Source: Myxococcota bacterium
GTDB lineage: Bacteria > Myxococcota_A > Polyangia > HGW-17
Assembly (NCBI GenBank): GCA_018821305.1
Contig: JAHJMN010000085.1
Location: forward strand, 1-63,862
Length of the DNA: 63,862 nucleotides
Direction: 5' to 3'
Positions 59,223 to 63,862 of the stretch are shown here, in pieces; position 1 is the stretch's first letter; every line of letters begins with the position of its first letter. A program made the position numbers and the translations under genes. A model generated the notes under the pieces. That model saw only the letters and a list, made by a program, of their open reading frames with translations. It was not told the origin of the DNA and searched no databases.

Positions 59223-60149
59223 ATGAACGCTCCAGCAAAACCAAAGCGACATCTAAAAAATTATCTTCTCGATAAAGAATTCCAGTTGACCTATGCTCTC
59301 ATCATGGCGTTTATTGCCATTATTCTTTCGGGTCTCATGGGATACCTGATGTTCAAACAGGTACGTGATTCCTCAATGATGCAGGAACGTCAAGCCAATG
59401 AAAACATTGGCATTTTCCAATCGCAATCCAATGATACTATCAAAGTTTTCAAAGAAGCATCAAACAAGACGGAGTCGGTTTTTTCAAGTCAATCTGAGGA
59501 AACTAAAAAAGTTTTTGAAAACAAAACCAAAGTTGCCACAGAAATTCTGAAACTAATGATGACTGTGGAAGATCTCAAAATAATGGCTGAGGACAATCTG
59601 AAGAGAATAAAAGAAGATGATAAAAAAGCCATTGCAGAAATGGCTAAGCGAATAGATAAAGACAAGGGAATTCTGAAGTCTGAAATCGCCAACGGTATCA
59701 AGCAGAAAGAAAGTCAACTTAAAGTTGCTTTGGAAAAACTTCAGAAAGATAAATCCCGTGCCCTTGAAGTTCGCAGAATCAACAATCGCCGTATTCTCTT
59801 TGGAATAATTATCTTTTCAATAATCTTCATAGTTGTCATCTTCCTTTATACAATTGTGCTTACTCACAAAGTTGCTGGGCCGTTGTTCAAAGTCAGTCTT
59901 TATCTTAAAAAAATGGAAGATGCCAACTTTACTCCGATCTGGCCACTTCGTAAAGGCGACCAACTTCAGGATTTTTATGAAAAATTCTCCACAGCATATA
60001 AAGCTGTTGCCAGTAGAATCACTACTGATGTAAGCGAACTGGATCGAATTATCACAGAATTTGAGACTTCTGGTGCTGATGAAAAAACACTTAACGATCT
60101 CAAAGCCCTTCGCGACCGTAAAAAAGAATCTGTAAAAGAATTCAAATAG
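59223..60149 (+). CDS. membrane protein with long N-terminal coiled coil, one TM and C-terminal domain
   Basis: Start at ATG 59223 behind a gaggt RBS (ORF-track start 59193 lacks one); Lys/Glu-rich coiled coil; TM ILFGIIIFSIIFIVVIFLYTIVL. Confidence 0.55.
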   Translation: MNAPAKPKRHLKNYLLDKEFQLTYALIMAFIAIILSGLMGYLMFKQVRDSSMMQERQANENIGIFQSQSNDTIKVFKEASNKTESVFSSQSEETKKVFENKTKVATEILKLMMTVEDLKIMAEDNLKRIKEDDKKAIAEMAKRIDKDKGILKSEIANGIKQKESQLKVALEKLQKDKSRALEVRRINNRRILFGIIIFSIIFIVVIFLYTIVLTHKVAGPLFKVSLYLKKMEDANFTPIWPLRKGDQLQDFYEKFSTAYKAVASRITTDVSELDRIITEFETSGADEKTLNDLKALRDRKKESVKEFK

Positions 60150-60161
60150 TTCGTCAGTTTA

Positions 60162-60528
60162 ACTTAACCCCAACAGTATTGTGTCTAATGGCAATGCTGA
60201 TCGGTTAGCGAACTTCCGAGTGAATTAATTAATAAATACAATCTTGTATAATAATTTCAGGCAGGCAGGAATTCAGGAAAACAGGGATCAGGAACAGGGC
60301 GTTTACTTTGAAGGTGTGCGTTTTTGTGGCATAAAGACCGCTTTCGTAAGCGGTCAAGATCGATTTCAATTCAGTATTTGCATATACACCTTCAGGAACA
60401 AGACCCTGTATCCTGATTCTGCTCCTGTTTCTGACTCCCTGAATATTTTTACTATTACTTATTATTATTATTTTTGTTAACAATATCAACTAATACGCCT
60501 TAACCGATCAGCATTGTGTCTAATGGCA
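60162..60528. repeat. composite locus: Q module (A-B), inverted CAGG/CCTG hairpin unit M-k with palindromic core agaccgctttcgtaagcggtc, then Q module (B-prime-A)
   Basis: 60174-60207 cagtattgtgtctaatggcaatgctgatcggtta and 60490-60528 aatacgccttaaccgatcagcattgtgtctaatggca share attgtgtctaatggca directly and gctgatcggtta inverted; cagg arm 60258-60296; cctg arm 60392-60440. Confidence 0.7.
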
Positions 60529-61248
60529 GATACAGTCTTCAGTCCACCCCATATGGGGACACATGCTCCAGCCGTAGTAATCTCCCTCAAAGTCAAGAAC
60601 CACCATTTCCGTTCCGTCAACTGTGGAACGATAGAAGCCGGAATCTATTTGTCCCCCACTGCCATTCAGCAGCATCAAACACAAAGGCGCCGAAACACCT
60701 TCATCGAATTCGGTGCACACACCATCAGCATATGAAGCTCTTGGCTCGTCGGGTAAAAAATCAGAACAACCGTATGCAAAACAGTCTTCTTGGTTGGTGA
60801 AAGTATCACATACAGCAGGATCAAAGTCCGGACAGACGCATTGGAGGCGGAGAAGACGGTCATTTTCACCTGACATATCACACATTGTCCATCCTGCAAG
60901 ATCACTCAGATTTGACTCAAGTCTGATTCCCTCTCTTCCGGTGGCCGTATCTCTTACCCAGATGTAACTGGATGGTTTGGTATTGTCATCTTCCATTGAA
61001 GCTACACAGAGGTATGTATACACGGACTCAAAGTTTGTGCAAACCGTTCCATCCAGTGTAGCATTTCCAGCTACCCGAATCCAGGCACCGCATCCGGCAT
61101 CAAGGCAGCTGCTCTCAGTAGTGAATTTTTCACAGTCCTTCGGTGGTCCATCATCATCGCAGGCAACAAAGAGGAAAGTACTCACAAAGATTACACCTGA
61201 AAAGATAATTTTCTTTATCGTCTTACTCCAAGTAAAGGTCAAGTACAA
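60520..61248 (-). CDS. cysteine-rich secreted lipoprotein (242 aa)
   Basis: Lipobox FLFVAC; about 24 Cys; flanked on both sides by repeat elements; stop codon inside repeat module Q. Confidence 0.55.
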   Translation of the reverse strand: MYLTFTWSKTIKKIIFSGVIFVSTFLFVACDDDGPPKDCEKFTTESSCLDAGCGAWIRVAGNATLDGTVCTNFESVYTYLCVASMEDDNTKPSSYIWVRDTATGREGIRLESNLSDLAGWTMCDMSGENDRLLRLQCVCPDFDPAVCDTFTNQEDCFAYGCSDFLPDEPRASYADGVCTEFDEGVSAPLCLMLLNGSGGQIDSGFYRSTVDGTEMVVLDFEGDYYGWSMCPHMGWTEDCICH

Positions 61249-61379
61249 GGAAACAGCTTATAGGCATACTTCAGAGAAACACTTCTGTACCATGATAGAA
61301 ATTCAAGATTCTAACTGAAATATATTTCAATAAAAGCTTATTTACAATAAACATTTAAACTCTAACACTATACTCCAAT

Positions 61380-61660
61380 TCTAGACCGCTTGCGGAGTAA
61401 TACGATTGTGACTCGTTTTAAAGAAATGCTTCAGGAAAGAGCCCCCTCTATGGCATTCCGCTGCGCGAAATTGCCTACCTGTTTTCCTGTTGCTGCTACT
61501 GCTTACCTGGTTACCTGAAATTTTAAACAGGTATACAGGAAGTCAGGAAAACAGGTTCAGGATCAGCGGTTAAACATTCAATATCAATAATAATTAAAAA
61601 GAATGTAATTTTTAATTCATTTTCCCAATTTCGATCCTTTTAATCCGCAAGCGGTCTAAT
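61380..61660 (+). mobile_element. M element, complete reference copy M-a (about 277 bp between TA flanks)
   Basis: TA-gaccgcttgcggagtaatacgattgtgactcg ... core gcattccgctgcgcgaaattgcctacctg ... cctg arm/loop aaattttaaa/cagg arm ... cgatccttttaatccgcaagcggtc-TA; followed at 61689-61702 by ttcaggacacgaac. Confidence 0.9.
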
Positions 61661-61733
61661 TTCCATTTTCGCATTCGCCATTTTAATTTTCAGGACACGA
61701 ACGAATTAAGTGGTGGACTGGATATCGGAAATT

Positions 61734-63149
61734 ATGCACACTGTGGAAAGAATATGGAGGAGACATTCTTTGAAAAATATTACTTATTATCTACTGTTTT
61801 TATTTGTCTTATCATGTATATCCTGTTCAGATGATAAATCTACTAAATCATCTGTCATTTATGAACCAGATGAAGAAGACCTTGATGAAAACGGTTTACC
61901 CAAACCTGGATTCGAAGTTCGAATTCCCGTTATAACTGATATTGATGAATACGTTATTGAACTCGAGAGATGGGAAATTCCTTCCGATGGCACTGATTTC
62001 GCAACGACGACTACCAACTTGCAGGCCGCTATTGATTGGGCACACAATGAAGGCTATTCCCGCGTAGTTTTGCCCCAGGGCCAATACCTGGTAAGTAAAG
62101 ATGTAAACGACAATTATCAAGGTGGAATTGAAATTTATGGAAATACAGAGTTTGTATTCAGTGAAGGTGCCGAAATAATAATGGATACAAACGACAAATG
62201 GAACTATTGCGTGCTGCGCCTGAATGGTGACAACATTATCGTCCGTAATGGCATTATTACCGGAGATCGCGATACCCATGTGTTTACACCGAGATCTGAC
62301 GGTGGTACTGCTCATGATGAAGGGCATGGAATTTGTGTGTGGGAAAACAACAACGTGCTCATTGACAATATGGAAGTCCGGGATTTGACCGGGGACGGTT
62401 CCCTCGTGCTTGATTCAACGGACATTACTATTGTTTCCTGTGATATTTACAATAATCGAAGGCAGGGAATTTCTATTGTGGGTGGCGTGAGGATTGCGGT
62501 AACTGATAATACTATTCACCACATTAATGGTACAGCACCACAGTTCGGTATAGATATCGAGGGTCCCGGTCGCCTGGATAAAGATATTCTGATACAAAAT
62601 AACAGTTTTCATCACAATACAGGTGGGGATATTGTTAATGCCACTGGCGAAAACGTTTATATTCTCGATAATGTAATGGAGCAGGGTGAAGGCAGCACTT
62701 ATGTCGATGGTCCTTTGGTAACCTGGCATAAAACCCACAGCATAATTGCAAGAAATACAATCTCAATGATTTCAGGTTCGGTAAACGGTCGTCTGGGTTT
62801 TATACAGTACTCCGGCGGTGGTGACAAAGGGCACAATCGGGCAACCTACGTTCACGATAATATCTGTAATAATTGTGGAATGTACATGTATAAAAGCTCC
62901 CAGGCGGATGTACGTCGGAATCAATTCCTCGGGTACTTTATGGCGTTCAGCAAATTCGTGAACGTCATACTGATTGATAATCTTGTGACATTTTCCGATG
63001 AATACCCTGACCTCAGGTATTGCTGGTCATACCGTTTTGATGATGTTACAGGTTTCGCAAGTGGAAACCGTTTAGGAGACGCCATCGAAGAAATTCCCCT
63101 TTCTGAAACCGAGCCCTACACACTCCAGTGTGTCCTTTACGGCTGGTGA
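61734..63149 (+). CDS. right-handed parallel beta-helix (pectate-lyase-fold) secreted protein
   Basis: Repeated NxxxxGI/V beta-helix coils (GDRDTHVF, NRRQGISIVGG, NTGGDIV); lipobox-like LSCISC; alternative TTG start at 61770 has the better RBS (ggagg at 61756) and gives a clean lipoprotein signal. Confidence 0.6.
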   Translation: MHTVERIWRRHSLKNITYYLLFLFVLSCISCSDDKSTKSSVIYEPDEEDLDENGLPKPGFEVRIPVITDIDEYVIELERWEIPSDGTDFATTTTNLQAAIDWAHNEGYSRVVLPQGQYLVSKDVNDNYQGGIEIYGNTEFVFSEGAEIIMDTNDKWNYCVLRLNGDNIIVRNGIITGDRDTHVFTPRSDGGTAHDEGHGICVWENNNVLIDNMEVRDLTGDGSLVLDSTDITIVSCDIYNNRRQGISIVGGVRIAVTDNTIHHINGTAPQFGIDIEGPGRLDKDILIQNNSFHHNTGGDIVNATGENVYILDNVMEQGEGSTYVDGPLVTWHKTHSIIARNTISMISGSVNGRLGFIQYSGGGDKGHNRATYVHDNICNNCGMYMYKSSQADVRRNQFLGYFMAFSKFVNVILIDNLVTFSDEYPDLRYCWSYRFDDVTGFASGNRLGDAIEEIPLSETEPYTLQCVLYGW

Positions 63150-63172
63150 ACTATACAAAAACTGTTCATGAC

Positions 63173-63285
63173 TATACCGCTTCCTGAGTAATACGATTGT
63201 GACTCGTTTTAAAGAAATGCTTCAGGAAAGAGCCCCCTGTTTTCCTGTTGCTGCTACTGCTTACCTGGTTATCTGAAATTTTGAG
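63173..63285 (+). mobile_element. M element 5-prime portion (copy M-j), with a 32-bp internal deletion removing the conserved core, truncated within the hairpin
   Basis: Near-identical to M-a positions 61383-61447 and 61480-61521 (one mismatch, tt vs ta, at 63270-63271); breaks off after ctgaaatttt. Confidence 0.85.
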
Positions 63286-63416
63286 AAAACATCTTCTCCA
63301 AAAAAAGGTTTACACCTTATATATGTTAGGTTATAAATCATTTAAGCCCGAAGTTTTCGGGTTTAAATGCAAACAGATCATGAGCACCAGTTTGCTCAAA
63401 CAATGGAGGCAATAAT

Positions 63417-63707
63417 ATGGAATTATCGGTATGCGGAGTTGATTGCAGTGAATGTGAATTTTTCAAAAACCAAACCTGTGCAGGTTGTAATGCCATAAAG
63501 GGAAAGGTTTTCTGGACCACCCATCTGAATACAGATGTATGTCCAATTTACAGTTGTGTTTCAACTGTCAAAAACGTAGATGATTGTGGAAAGTGTGGCG
63601 ATGTTCCCTGTAAAATATGGAAAGACTTACGCGATCCCGCCTGGGATGACCAGCAGCACGCCGAAAGCATCCGCAAACGCCTCGATAACCTGAAAACCCT
63701 CAAATAA
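63417..63707 (+). CDS. small cysteine-rich protein (DUF3795-like)
   Basis: 96 aa, about 14 Cys in CxxC-like pairs (CGVDCSEC ... CAGC ... CGKCGDVPC); RBS tggaggc. Confidence 0.6.
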   Translation: MELSVCGVDCSECEFFKNQTCAGCNAIKGKVFWTTHLNTDVCPIYSCVSTVKNVDDCGKCGDVPCKIWKDLRDPAWDDQQHAESIRKRLDNLKTLK

Positions 63708-63709
63708 TT

Positions 63710-63862
63710 AATTACTGTCCTGTAATACAATAAATCAAATTTTTCGCCGATTTTTTGCTCAGGACAGTAACAACGAAGACCTTGAAATTATTGTAGTGTT
63801 CTGAATAGCATGTTTTCGTAAACATGCTCAATTTTGATAAAAATTGAATTTCAGGACACGAA
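63710..63862 (+). repeat. S-T composite repeat, copy 3 (complete S hairpin plus T module, running to the window edge)
   Basis: TA-ctgtcctg (63712-63722) ... caggacag-TA (63760-63770); T module 63775-63862 nearly identical to 52-140; hairpin 63807-63828. Confidence 0.85.

Noticed and set aside
1-63862. CRISPR array, tRNA, rRNA, integrase or phage structural genes
   Set aside because: No regularly spaced short direct repeats with unique spacers. The intergenic repeats are long, heterogeneous and irregularly spaced. No tRNA-like or rRNA-like stretches and no recombinase or phage hallmark proteins appear among the ORFs.

Overview
This 63.9 kb window looks like chromosomal DNA from a diderm, probably anaerobic, bacterium with roughly 43% GC. 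The anaerobic guess rests on Rex, a Na+-pumping oxaloacetate decarboxylase operon adjacent to birA, and a CoA-disulfide-reductase/rhodanese fusion. I support about 54 protein-coding genes, with many lipobox signals. I found no rRNA, tRNA, CRISPR array, integrase or prophage genes.

Recognisable genes include:
- DNA repair and replication stress: sbcD, sbcC, dinB.
- Glycogen/starch metabolism: glgC, a GH13 alpha-amylase.
- Core housekeeping: rpoZ, hslV, hslU, panD, rex, birA, oadG/oadA/oadB, maf.
- Regulators and signalling: a DtxR-FeoA fusion, a cupin-histidine kinase-glycosyltransferase operon, an HDOD protein.
- Envelope and transport: two tandem MCE proteins, an OmpA-family protein, an MBOAT/SGNH O-acyltransferase pair, an orphan ABC ATPase.
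- Other: an orphan MoxR ATPase, a formylglycine-generating-enzyme-like lipoprotein, an LD-carboxypeptidase plus CHAT-protease pair, an SPFH/zinc-ribbon protein, a pentapeptide-repeat/K+-channel fusion.
- Several cysteine-rich, EGF-like or metal-binding-repeat secreted proteins.

The most unusual feature is non-coding. About 15 intergenic regions carry members of an interrelated family of hairpin-rich repeat modules.
- The M element is the main unit. It is about 280 bp, flanked by TA dinucleotides, and has roughly 25-bp terminal inverted repeats (GACCGCTTGCGGAGTAATACGATTG) and a long central CCTG/CAGG hairpin. This matches an IS630/Tc1-like MITE.
- Derivatives include truncated ends, a 104-bp internal-deletion copy, nested copies and solo ends.
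- Two smaller modules also recur: S (TA-CTGTCCTG ... CAGGACAG-TA) and T (a hairpin module showing compensatory base changes between copies).

Element termini supply the stop codons of dinB and glgC, and S modules sit within about 10 bp of the stop codons of five plus-strand genes. Both ends of the window fall inside the same S-T composite. No transposase is encoded here, so these are non-autonomous elements. I regard this repeat system as the most likely undescribed feature.
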